A DNA stretch of 64,000 nucleotides from Sedimentisphaerales bacterium (GTDB lineage: Bacteria > Planctomycetota > Phycisphaerae > Sedimentisphaerales > Anaerobacaceae). Location of the stretch: NCBI GenBank assembly GCA_963708075.1, contig OY970194.1:1952001-2016000 (forward strand). The letters are read 5' to 3'. The position numbers and the translations under genes were made by a program. Below, in pieces: positions 9,525 through 18,792 of the stretch. Position 1 is the stretch's first letter, and every line of letters starts with the position of its first letter. The notes under the pieces were generated by a model. It searched no databases. It was not told the origin of the DNA and was given only the letters and a program-made list of their open reading frames with translations.

Positions 9525-10895
9525 TCAAATCTCCGTCCATTGCCCTGGAATCGGCACCGGGTAGCGGCCCTGGCCATCGGCTTGAACCGGCGGTGGGCTG
9601 TCGTCGGTGAGACTGTCAATCGTCGGACAGAACCGAAAGTTGGAGGCCATCGCCTCGTCCCACGTGATGATCTTGCCGGAGTGGGCCGCCGCCCGACCCA
9701 TGATATCTGTGAGATTTGACAAAGCAGCGCGTTTGGCTTCGTTGTGCGGACGGTTGTTGCGGATGGCATCGAGCAGCACGTCCCACTCCGCCTGCCAGGG
9801 CGTGGCAACTTCCTTCGGGGCACGCCAGCCGATGTTGTCGTTCGCACATCGCTGGTCTTTGTAGATGTGCACCGTGCCTTCATGGTTGCTGCCGGAGAAC
9901 TGCGCTGCGCATTTCGTCCCATGAATGTAGGTGGCGAACTCCGTCTGGCAATTCGGCAGCCAACGGACGATATCGAACGCCTTGGTACCATCGGGGAACG
10001 TCCACTCCATGGTAAACGAGTCGAGGTTCTGGCCGCAGTCGGTGCTGTTCGCCACGCGACCGCCGATACCGTGCGCGGACACCGGCCACGCATCCTTGAT
10101 CCAGCAGATCTCATCGATCTGATGAATATCCATCTCCGCGAATAGTCCGCCTGAGACCCACAGGAACTGCGTGAAGTTTCGAATTTGCCAATGCAGGTCC
10201 TTCACAGCGGCAGGCCGCGGGCCCAACGGCGAACACGGCTGCATCCGGTAGGCACGAATGAGCTGGATGTCGCCAAGCTGGCCATCGCGAATGCGTTTGA
10301 TCAGTTCCTGGCGATTTCGTGAGTGGCGGCACTGCAAGCCGGCCGCGATCTTAAGGTTCTTTTTCTCGGCTGCCTCTCCCGCTTCGATCACCCGTCGCAC
10401 GGCCGGCGGATCCGTCGCAAACGACTTCTCCATGAACACGTTGACACCCTTCTGGACGGCGTATTCCAGTTGCCTCGGCCGAAATCCCGCGTACCCGGTC
10501 AGCATTGCCACGTCACCGGGACGCAGACAGTCAATCGCCTCCCTCCAGGCATCGAAACCCACGAATCGCCGCTCCGGCGGGACATCCACCCGCGCACCAT
10601 ATTGTTCACTCAGAACCTTCTGGGCATTCACCAGCCGATCCTTGAAGAAGTCGGCCATCGCCACCAGTCTGACCGGGCCGTTCGGCGAGTCAAACGCATT
10701 CGCCGCCGCCCCGCAGCCACGCCCGCCACAGCCGATCAGGGCCAGCCGAATAGTATTGTCCTCCCCTGCATACACCGAAGGGATCCTTACTCCTGTCAAT
10801 GCGGATGCTGCAACCATCTTCCCGCTCCACTTCAAGACGTCGCGACGTGAGGATTGCTGCTGCGTTGAGTTCGAGGTGTGAGAGTCTTGTTTCAT
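9525..10895 (-). CDS. Tat-exported Gfo/Idh/MocA family oxidoreductase
   Basis: SRRDVLK signal; IRLALIGCGGRG Rossmann motif; MEKS and IHQID motifs; GGAG RBS before ATG 10895. Confidence 0.85.
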   Translation of the reverse strand: MKQDSHTSNSTQQQSSRRDVLKWSGKMVAASALTGVRIPSVYAGEDNTIRLALIGCGGRGCGAAANAFDSPNGPVRLVAMADFFKDRLVNAQKVLSEQYGARVDVPPERRFVGFDAWREAIDCLRPGDVAMLTGYAGFRPRQLEYAVQKGVNVFMEKSFATDPPAVRRVIEAGEAAEKKNLKIAAGLQCRHSRNRQELIKRIRDGQLGDIQLIRAYRMQPCSPLGPRPAAVKDLHWQIRNFTQFLWVSGGLFAEMDIHQIDEICWIKDAWPVSAHGIGGRVANSTDCGQNLDSFTMEWTFPDGTKAFDIVRWLPNCQTEFATYIHGTKCAAQFSGSNHEGTVHIYKDQRCANDNIGWRAPKEVATPWQAEWDVLLDAIRNNRPHNEAKRAALSNLTDIMGRAAAHSGKIITWDEAMASNFRFCPTIDSLTDDSPPPVQADGQGRYPVPIPGQWTEI

Positions 10896-11544
10896 AGCGA
10901 GTTCTCCGTAGTGCATAGCGCCCGGGTTGCCGGCCCTGACTTGCACACTATCATGATACTTTACTGGAGAGCCCGCAAGGGATTATTCTGGCTCGGGAAA
11001 CTGCCTCGGATTGCCTTCATATGTGGCCACGGTCGCTCCTGGCTTTCACATGTCTTCACGCTCATCCAAGACGCTCGTCCCGGGAGCCTCTCCATCGCTA
11101 ACCTGCGACGGAGACCTGGGCGCAAGCGCAGGTGAATCTCCAGCCTCAGCCATGGGCGGTCAATGCCATCACCTGCAATCATCTCCACTCCGGCCAATCA
11201 TGGGGTGTCAGCGATTTTCCGTTCATACCGCATTTTACGGAATTGGGATGTTGACGTCTTCGCGCAACGAGGTGTGATTCTTTCTCTAAAGAGATCCTAT
11301 TTTCAGGAATCTATTCATTGTCAGCCGCCTCGTATCTCGGGTCAATTTAGGGTCAAAGTACGATCCTATTCGTGTCTTTATAGATGTTCCCTATCACCCG
11401 GCTCGATGTGAAAATCGCGTTAGAGCGCGTGTAATCTATTGAGCAAGAAGGAATAAGAACGTGGGAAGCGAGTTATAGAAGCAATTGGCGGCGGCTGTAA
11501 CTGCCCTGTTTTTGTTGGGCAATGCCTGTGCGTCGGCAGAGTCG

Positions 11545-11660
11545 GTTACAGCCAGCCGATCATCGAGACCATCGAAGATACGCACGTTCTCGACCAGTAT
11601 GGTCGACGTATCCGCCGTAACCGGTGCGGCATCCGGCATTACTGCCGTAACCAGCACGCG
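11545..11660 (-). pseudogene. 5' stub of an amidohydrolase-like gene
   Basis: Reads TSTILVENVRIFDGLDDRL, resembling the first beta-strand of metal-dependent amidohydrolases, after which the similarity stops. Confidence 0.4.
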
Positions 11661-11670
11661 ACACCCGGCA

Positions 11671-13254
11671 TCAACTGTCGAGGATTTCCTCTGCTCGCCC
11701 TTCATCCACCTCCATGATATACCGAAGGCCCGTAATCTCGGCCGCATCGGAGGTGAGCGCCGCGACGTCATCGCGGGACACGTGTTCCAGCGAGAATTTT
11801 CTGCAGCCGGCCATCAACTGGCGCAGGCCCTGGGCCAATCGTTCATAGTACGTGTACAGGCCAATGGCGCCTGTGGGAATCTTCTCGAAGTCACCGTTGC
11901 CGAATTCCTTTCGCAGTCCGCTTGCGGTGACGAAGATTTCCTCCCTCGTCGAGCCGAAGCGCTCCACATAGACGGGAAGCTGATGGGCATCGATCGCCCG
12001 GCCAATCGTCTTGCCCACCATGGCCGCCGCCACCGGACCGCGAGCCATCCCAATCATCTTGACGTAGGGAGCCCCCAGGGCTAATCCCTTGAAGATCAGG
12101 TCTTCGAACGTGAAGCCGCCTCCGACCGCGATCGCCGGCAGGTATCGGTTCTTGTCCGCCAGGCGCTTGGCGTACGTGTAGAGAAGCGAATGCAGGTGCA
12201 CCGGCGGCACGCCCCACTCATTCATCATTCGCCACGGACTCATGCCCGTTCCGCCCGAGGCCCCGTCCACGGTGAGCAGGTCGAGCTTACACTTGGAGGC
12301 AAAGCTCAAGGCCCGCGCCAGGTCGGCAGGCCGGTACGCGCCTGTCTTCAGGAAGATGTACTTGGCCCCGGCATGGCGAAGCTCTTCGATTCTCCGAGCA
12401 AATGATTCTTCCGACACCATCCCGACGCGGGAGTGCCGCTCGAATTCCTTGAAATTGCCGTTCTGGAACGCCTCGATGACGGCGGGATTCGTCGGGTCCG
12501 GCAGAACAATGTATCCGCGCTCATGCAGGAGCTGCGCCTTCTTCAAATCCCTGATTTTCACCTCTCCGCCGATATCCTTGGCGCCCTGTCCCCATTTGAT
12601 CTCGACGCACTCGACACCAAGCTCCTGTATCGCGTATTCATGCACACTGAGACGGGTATCCTCGACGTTGGCCTGGACGATGATCGCTCCGAAGCCATCG
12701 CGCTGGTGGTCGCGATATAGTTTCACGCGTCGCTTGAGATCGACAGTATCGAGCACCCGGCCGTTCTTAATGCTGGCTTGAGTATCCATGCCTGCGACGT
12801 TCTCACCGATCGTCAGGCCGGTCCCCGCCAGGGCCGACCCGATGGCCAATCCCTCCCAGTTGTTCTTGGCGATATCCGTGGATCCGATCCCGGAGATCAG
12901 CCACGGGTATCGGAACTTGATCCCCTTGTCGTGGCCGATTCTCACCTCGAGGTTCACGGCCGGAAAGATCGCCTTGTCGCTGTCCGCCTCGATCCCGTGA
13001 GCGCCGACGCACGTACCCATGATGTTCAGATGCGAGTAATCCACCGGGTAGACTTTCTCCGACGCCGTTGTGATGACGCCGAAGGGCTGCGGGTAGATCA
13101 CCTCATGGCCGCGATAGGCGGATTTGCCGATCTCGCACATGCCGATGCAGCCGTCCACGCAGGTAACGCACATGCCCGAGCTCGGCGTCACCGAGCCTTC
13201 CGTTCTGTTCTTCGTAAGCGTGGCGGCAGAAGAGTTCACTCTCGAAAGGGACAT
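11671..13254 (-). CDS. FMN-binding glutamate synthase family protein (GltB FMN domain only, no amidotransferase domain)
   Basis: EIKWGQGAKDIGGE, LLTVDGASGGTGMSP, GGGF..EDLIFKGLALGA and GLRQLMA motifs; N-terminal CxxCxxxCxxxC; 527 aa. Confidence 0.85.
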   Translation of the reverse strand: MSLSRVNSSAATLTKNRTEGSVTPSSGMCVTCVDGCIGMCEIGKSAYRGHEVIYPQPFGVITTASEKVYPVDYSHLNIMGTCVGAHGIEADSDKAIFPAVNLEVRIGHDKGIKFRYPWLISGIGSTDIAKNNWEGLAIGSALAGTGLTIGENVAGMDTQASIKNGRVLDTVDLKRRVKLYRDHQRDGFGAIIVQANVEDTRLSVHEYAIQELGVECVEIKWGQGAKDIGGEVKIRDLKKAQLLHERGYIVLPDPTNPAVIEAFQNGNFKEFERHSRVGMVSEESFARRIEELRHAGAKYIFLKTGAYRPADLARALSFASKCKLDLLTVDGASGGTGMSPWRMMNEWGVPPVHLHSLLYTYAKRLADKNRYLPAIAVGGGFTFEDLIFKGLALGAPYVKMIGMARGPVAAAMVGKTIGRAIDAHQLPVYVERFGSTREEIFVTASGLRKEFGNGDFEKIPTGAIGLYTYYERLAQGLRQLMAGCRKFSLEHVSRDDVAALTSDAAEITGLRYIMEVDEGRAEEILDS

Positions 13255-13277
13255 CGCAGGGTACCTCCTTTGTTCCT

Positions 13278-13955
13278 TTATGGCTTCTTGATTTCACAGG
13301 CAACGCATGGATCCATGTAACACATCATGTCATCGAACGGGTCCTTCTCCAGGCACGGCGGACTGAGATTGGCGCACCCGCCACAGACTGCCTTTTGCGG
13401 CTCCGTATAGGTGCACCGCAGCGAACAGGCCGGACATACGTAGATGCACCCTCCACATTGCCGGCAGACTTCCGAGGGCACATCAAAAGGAGTTCCAATA
13501 CTGCGGTTTTGTCCCCTCCCTCGGAAGCCGATGGCCTTGGCCATCATCTGCTCCCCGCACATGTGCACGCACCGGCCGCAAAGGATGCACTCTTCATATT
13601 CCTGTCGAAACCGCTGCTGCCTCACCTCGTACTTCGAGGCCAGGTCTTGGATGGTTTTAGACTGGGGGCAGGAGGCCAGCAGCAGCTCGATGATCATCTT
13701 GCGCGCCCGAACGACCCGCGAGGAGGCGGTACGCACCTTCAGTCCCGGCTCCGCCGGATAGGTGCAGGAAGACACGAGCTTCGCACCCGGGCCTTCGCCG
13801 ATCTCCACGACGCAAAGCCGGCACGCCCCGTACGGCGTCAGCCCCTCCATGTGACAGAGCGTAGGGATGGGAAAGCCCAGGAACCTCGCGGCATCGAGAA
13901 CGGTTGACCCCTTCTCGACGCTGACATCCAGTCCGTTTATGGTGAGCGTTATCAT
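13278..13955 (-). CDS. NuoG/HydA N-terminal-like Fe-S protein ([2Fe-2S] plus 2x[4Fe-4S]) with a Cys-rich tail and no catalytic domain
   Basis: IPTLC...GACRLC...SSC; CILCGRCVHMC; CRQCGGCIYVCP; ATGA overlap with the upstream gene. Confidence 0.85.
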   Translation of the reverse strand: MITLTINGLDVSVEKGSTVLDAARFLGFPIPTLCHMEGLTPYGACRLCVVEIGEGPGAKLVSSCTYPAEPGLKVRTASSRVVRARKMIIELLLASCPQSKTIQDLASKYEVRQQRFRQEYEECILCGRCVHMCGEQMMAKAIGFRGRGQNRSIGTPFDVPSEVCRQCGGCIYVCPACSLRCTYTEPQKAVCGGCANLSPPCLEKDPFDDMMCYMDPCVACEIKKP

Positions 13956-16900
13956 GCCTGGTTCTCTCCGATGGCGGCCTGCTGTGCACGAGCGGCCTGC
14001 TGAGTGAATGCGAGATCGCACCGCAGACACCGCCGGGCCTCCGCCCTGGCCTGCTCCTCAGACAGGGACCGTTCGACCTCATTGAAGTTCTTTCTTCGTC
14101 CCTTGACGGGCAGCGCCGGCGGGACCGCCCGGGCCGCGTTCTCCAGCTCCTCCTCGCCAACGACGGTGGGCTCAAGGAACACGGTCGGCAGTTTCACGCC
14201 GGCCGGGCCCACCAAAGGCTCGTCTTGCAGGTACCGGTCGATAACACGCACGGCCCTCTTGCCCGCGGCAATCGCGTCGACAACCGTATTCGGGCCGGTC
14301 GCCAGGTCTCCCCCGGCAAAAACACCCTCCATGTTCGTGGCGAGTGTCTTCGGATAAATTTTGACCCTCCCGGCCTTGTCCACCTCCAGACCCATGGCGG
14401 CCAGGCAGTCGCTTTGCGGACGTTCGCCGATGGCGACAATCAACGTGTCGAGCGGAAGCGTGAACTCGGTTCGCGGCACCGGGACAGGCTTGCGCCGGCC
14501 GCTCGCATCCAACTCGCCCAGACGGTTCCGGACACACTTGATGCCCACCAGACGTCCCTCCCGCGAGTAGATCCGCACGGGCGACACAAGCGTCTCCAGC
14601 GCCACGCCCTCCCGGAGGGCCGCCTCGATCTCCTCCTGGCGCACGTGAATCTTGACCGGAGACACCAGCGTCTCGATCGTCACTCCCTCCTCCAGGGCGG
14701 CTTCGACTTCCTCTTCATAGGCGGGCATCTCGTCCCGCGTGCGCCGGTACAGGAGTGTGACGCTCGTGACTTTCTTCTGCCGCAGCGCCACGCGGGCGGC
14801 ATCGACCGCGGAATTCCCGCCGCCGACGATTCCTACGTGCCCATACGCCAACTCTTCGCCTCGGAGATTGAACGCCTTGAGGAACTGCATGGAGGGATAG
14901 ACGCCCTCCAGATCCTCTCCTTCGAGGTCCAGCCGCCAGCTTTCGTGCGCTCCATCGCCAGGAAAACCGCCTGGAATCCCTCGGCGAAAAGCTCCTGGAT
15001 GTTGGCATCCTTGCCGAAGACAACGCCGTGCCGCAGCCGGATGTTCTCGTTCATCAGAGTCTTGATTTCTGCGCGGACGATTCCTCTCGGCAGCCGGTAG
15101 GCGGGCAGTGAACAGGCGAGCATGCCGCCGGGCTCCTGCTCCGCCTCGAGTATGGTGACTTTGTACCCGAGAAGAGACAAGCCGTGTGCGGCCGTAAGTC
15201 CCGCCGGACCTGCGCCAACCACCGCCACCTTCTTCGCATGGCCATTCGTCCCGCATCGCACTTCGGGGTGGTATGCCGCCGGATCTACGTGGTCGGTCAC
15301 GAACCGCTTCATCGCGCGCACCGCGATGGATTCGCCTCCGCCGACGCCCAGGCTGCAGCGATGCTCGCACTTGCGATCGCAGACCCTGGCGCTGACGGCC
15401 GGGAACGGGTTTGCCTCGCGGATGATCCGGTACGCCTGTTCGTATTGCCCCTTTTCGATCAGCGCGACATAGCGCCACGGCTCGGTATCCACGGGGCAGG
15501 CCGCCTGGCAGGGCGCTCCGACCAGGCTCTTGCAGACGAACGCATCGCACCGCTTGTCCTCGATGTGCCGGCGATACTCCTCTCGAAAATACTTGAGCGT
15601 GCTCAACACCGGGTTGGGAGCGGACTGGCCCAGGCCGCACATGGTCGTGTCTTTTACAACGCGGGCGAGTTCCTCGAGAAGATCCAAATGGGATAGTGTT
15701 CCTTTGCCGAGCGTGATATCTTCAAGGATCTCATGCATCCGCTGCGTGCCCTTGCGGCAGGTGAGGCACTTGCCGCAGGACTCGTCCTTGAGGAAGTTCA
15801 TGAAGTATCGGGCGACGTCCACCATGCAGGTGTTTTCGTCCATGACGATCATGCCGCCGGAGCCCATGATCGAGCCAACCTTGGTCAAACTGTCGTAGCT
15901 GATGGGCAGATCGAACAGGGAGGCCGGGATACATCCACCCGAAGGCCCACCCGTCTGTACCGCCTTGACCCGGGTCTTTCCGATCGGCCCCCCGCCAATC
16001 TCATGAACCACTTCTTTGATCGGCGTGCCCAGGGGGACTTCCACGAGGCCGGTATTCCGGATCTTGCCGACCAGGGAGAAGATTTTCGTCCCGGTGTTGC
16101 CGTCGACGCCGATCGCGGCGAACGCGTCGGCACCGTGGCGAATGATGAAAGGCACGTTGGCTAACGTCTCGACGTTGTTGATGCAGGTTGGGGCGCCGAA
16201 GATGCCCTTGGCAATCGGGTACGGCGGGCGCTGCCGTGGCTCCCCCATCCGTCCTTCGATGGATTTGATCATGGCCGTCTCTTCACCACAGACGAAGGCC
16301 CCGGCGCCTCGCACGATGTCAATATCGAATCGAATTCCGGATCCAAGGATATTGTCGCCCAGCAGTCCCATGTCGCGGGCCTGCCGCAGCGCGATCTGCG
16401 AGTGCTTGATCGCCAGGGGATACTCGCTGCGGACGTAGATGACGCCGTGGGTGGCCCCGATGGCGACGGCGGCAATGGTCATGCCTTCGATGATGGCGTG
16501 CGGGTTGCCTTCCAGAAGACTGCGGTCCATGTAGGCGCCCGGGTCTCCTTCGTCCGCGTTGCACACGACGAATTTCTTACCAGCGACCATGGCCGCTCTC
16601 CTGGCCAACTCCCATTTCTTGCCTGTCGGGAAGCCTGCTCCGCCCCGGCCGCGCAGCCCCGATCGTTTGACCTCCTCGACAATCCACTCGGGATTCAAGC
16701 GGTCGAGCACCTTAAGGAGGGCTTCGTATCCGCCCTCCCTGATGTAGTCGAGGATGCGGATCGGATCGATTCGCTGATTGGTGCCGAGGATGATTCGTTT
16801 CTGTCCCTTGAAGAACGGGATCTCCTCCTGGCAACCGCACTTTCGGGTTGTGCCCGGCTCGCGATAGAGCAGTTCCTCGACCACCTCACCCTTGAGCACG

Positions 16901-17202
16901 GCATCGATGATCCGGGGGACGTGCTTCATCTCGAGCTTGGGATAGACGGCATGTCCCGGCTCCACGACGATGAACGGGTCCATCTCGCAGAACCCGAGGC
17001 AGCCCGTGATCCGCAGCGAGAGGCGATCACCAAGATTGCGTTCGATGATCTGCCTCTTGATAATGCGAATCAGGTCGTTGGAGCCGCTCGCTTGTCCGCC
17101 GGTGCCCGCGCAGATAATGAGGCATGGTTTCCCAACGCCCTGCCTGCCCGTAATCGTATGGCAGAAATCTCTGAAATCAGTGGTCGACTTCATCCTTCCC
17201 AT
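13952..17202 (-). CDS. NuoF/HydB-like FMN/NADH subunit fused to a GltD/NfnB-like FAD/NADPH domain; 1-nt frameshift at ~14952
   Basis: GLRGRGGAGFPTG, NADEGDPG, CGEETA, GGPSGGC and ESCGKCLTCRKG, then PCQAACP, VAVVGAGPAG, GGGNSAVDAAR, YRRT and EARRCLRCD. Restoring one G in ATG(G)GAGCG gives LAMGAHES. Confidence 0.85.
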
Positions 17203-18077
17203 TATGCTTTTTCCCCCTCTTTGGAAGCATCGTGCATTGTCGTCAGGAGGTCGAGCCTGTGTCCCGGACATCCACGTCTTGCACAAATATGCAGCGTGGC
17301 GTACTTCCCTGCTGTCATCATGGCCATCGTCGCACCACATTCGGGGCAATCCGACCCGCCGGAGAGTTCCCGTGCGCAATGCGGACATGAGATTACAGCC
17401 AATGCACCGCCGGGAACCTCGCCGTCACAATCCACATTGGCGCTCCCGTAGAAAGCGGACAGATGCAGGACGCCTGCTCTTCCCGCGAATGAGGTGGCGA
17501 GCTTGATGGAGGCATGACCATCTATCGCATGCCCGGCATCCATCAGGGTGCGACCGCACCGGGGGCAACTCGCGCTGATTGGAAATACCCGGTTGTCGAC
17601 GCCCGCGCCGGATTGCGGGAAACCGTCCCGAGCCTGTTCCAGGATATGCTGGACCTTGGCGGTCGTGAAATGCCGGAAATAGTGATGGTCCACAACTACG
17701 GTCGGCCCCAAAGCGCAGGCACCGAGGCAGTTCACCGTCTCCAGGGAAAACTCCTTATCCTGTGTCGTTTCTCCCGGCCCAATGCCAAGTTGTCGGCTGA
17801 ACTCCTCCGCGATCTTTGGAGCGCCTCGCACGTGGCACGCGGTGCCCAGGCACACCGATACGAGGTGTTTCCCGCGAGGTTTCAGACTGAAGGCTCTGTA
17901 AAACGTGGCGACCGCGTATATGTCGGTCAGAGAGTCGCCTGTCGCCGCTGCGATCCGGCGCAAGGCCTCCTGTGGCAGATACCCATACTTCGCCTGGACG
18001 TCGCTGAGAATGGACAGCATGCCTCCCAGCGAGCCGTGATGCTGTGCGACGATTTCCTCAACTACTTGGTCATCCAT
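17202..18077 (-). CDS. NuoE/HydC-like [2Fe-2S] subunit with a C-terminal 8-Cys extension
   Basis: VATFY, VCLGTACHVRG and NCLGACALGP, then CPRC, CPHC, CPEC, CARRGC; TAATG overlap with the next gene. Confidence 0.85.
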   Translation of the reverse strand: MDDQVVEEIVAQHHGSLGGMLSILSDVQAKYGYLPQEALRRIAAATGDSLTDIYAVATFYRAFSLKPRGKHLVSVCLGTACHVRGAPKIAEEFSRQLGIGPGETTQDKEFSLETVNCLGACALGPTVVVDHHYFRHFTTAKVQHILEQARDGFPQSGAGVDNRVFPISASCPRCGRTLMDAGHAIDGHASIKLATSFAGRAGVLHLSAFYGSANVDCDGEVPGGALAVISCPHCARELSGGSDCPECGATMAMMTAGKYATLHICARRGCPGHRLDLLTTMHDASKEGEKA

Positions 18078-18128
18078 CGGAACCTCTTGTCGGTAGGGAA
18101 TGTCGGCCCTCGCGGCGGCGACATCCTT

Positions 18129-18404
18129 TTAACGGTACTCCTCACAGTGCCATATCCCGCCGGGCGAATCCTGTAACGTGCAGAAGTCACGATTTCCGCA
18201 GTTGCAGCATAGTCCCATCGCCGTATCGAGGGCGGTTTCTTCATCCTCTATGACCGGGACTGCTTGGCTCTCCACTTCCGGCGACGTCGAGTCATCGAAT
18301 TCTTCACAAAATAGAACGGGGAGTTTGATACCCTTGTGTCGAGTGCAGATGGAAGCGCTATTGCACGTCATGCACAGGCCCCAAGACTGTTCTCCCAATG
18401 CCAT
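18129..18404 (-). CDS. Small protein with two Cys4 repeats (first gene of the sigma54 operon)
   Basis: GLCMTCxxxxxC...FCEEF and GLCCNCxxxxxC...HCEEY; strong RBS GGGAGG before the ATG. Confidence 0.75.
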   Translation of the reverse strand: MALGEQSWGLCMTCNSASICTRHKGIKLPVLFCEEFDDSTSPEVESQAVPVIEDEETALDTAMGLCCNCGNRDFCTLQDSPGGIWHCEEYR

Positions 18405-18549
18405 GGCTGCAACCTCCCTTTCTCTCTGTACTGACCGGAAGGATCACACCCGTGACGAACGATGATAGCGACATAGCCGCACAGAACATCGTTCAGAACG
18501 GCCCTCGCGACTACGCAGGGCTGCCTTCATCACGGACGAGTGTTCCAAG

Positions 18550-18565
18550 AGCAATGACTGTGCCA
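18550..18565 (-). promoter_or_regulatory. sigma54 (-24/-12) promoter
   Basis: Minus strand TGGCACAGTCATTGCT matches TGGCAC-N5-TTGCW exactly; it lies ~145 nt upstream of the operon's first ATG and next to a sigma54 activator gene. Confidence 0.85.
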
Positions 18566-18702
18566 TTTGCCGGCAAATCCGACGCTGCTCATGGGGACCC
18601 CTGTTGTAACTGCTTGATCCGCATGGCATTAGAGAATCTGACGTGGACGTGGGACGTGATGGGAAAGATCTGTCGGAGTGCGCCGGATGGGAGTGCGATG
18701 GC

Positions 18703-18735
18703 GGGGAGAATTGTACCGCCGGGGAGCATTTCCCC
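18703..18735. promoter_or_regulatory. Candidate upstream activator (enhancer) sites
   Basis: Direct repeat GGGGAG(A/C)ATT at 18703 and 18721; the second copy forms the near-palindrome GGGGAgcatTTCCCC; located 140-170 bp upstream of the -24 box. Confidence 0.45.
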
Positions 18736-18792
18736 ACCTCGCTTGCAGATCATCGGCCCCACTATCCGCCAGGCGATCCGCTGCCGAGATGC

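Noticed and set aside
11493..11553. Inverted repeat as an integron attC site
   Set aside because: The ends do not fit RYYYAAC/GTTRRRY, and there is no integrase or cassette array.
13278..18077. Calling the operon complex I or an [FeFe]-hydrogenase
   Set aside because: No membrane Nuo subunits, and no H-cluster or NiFe motifs.
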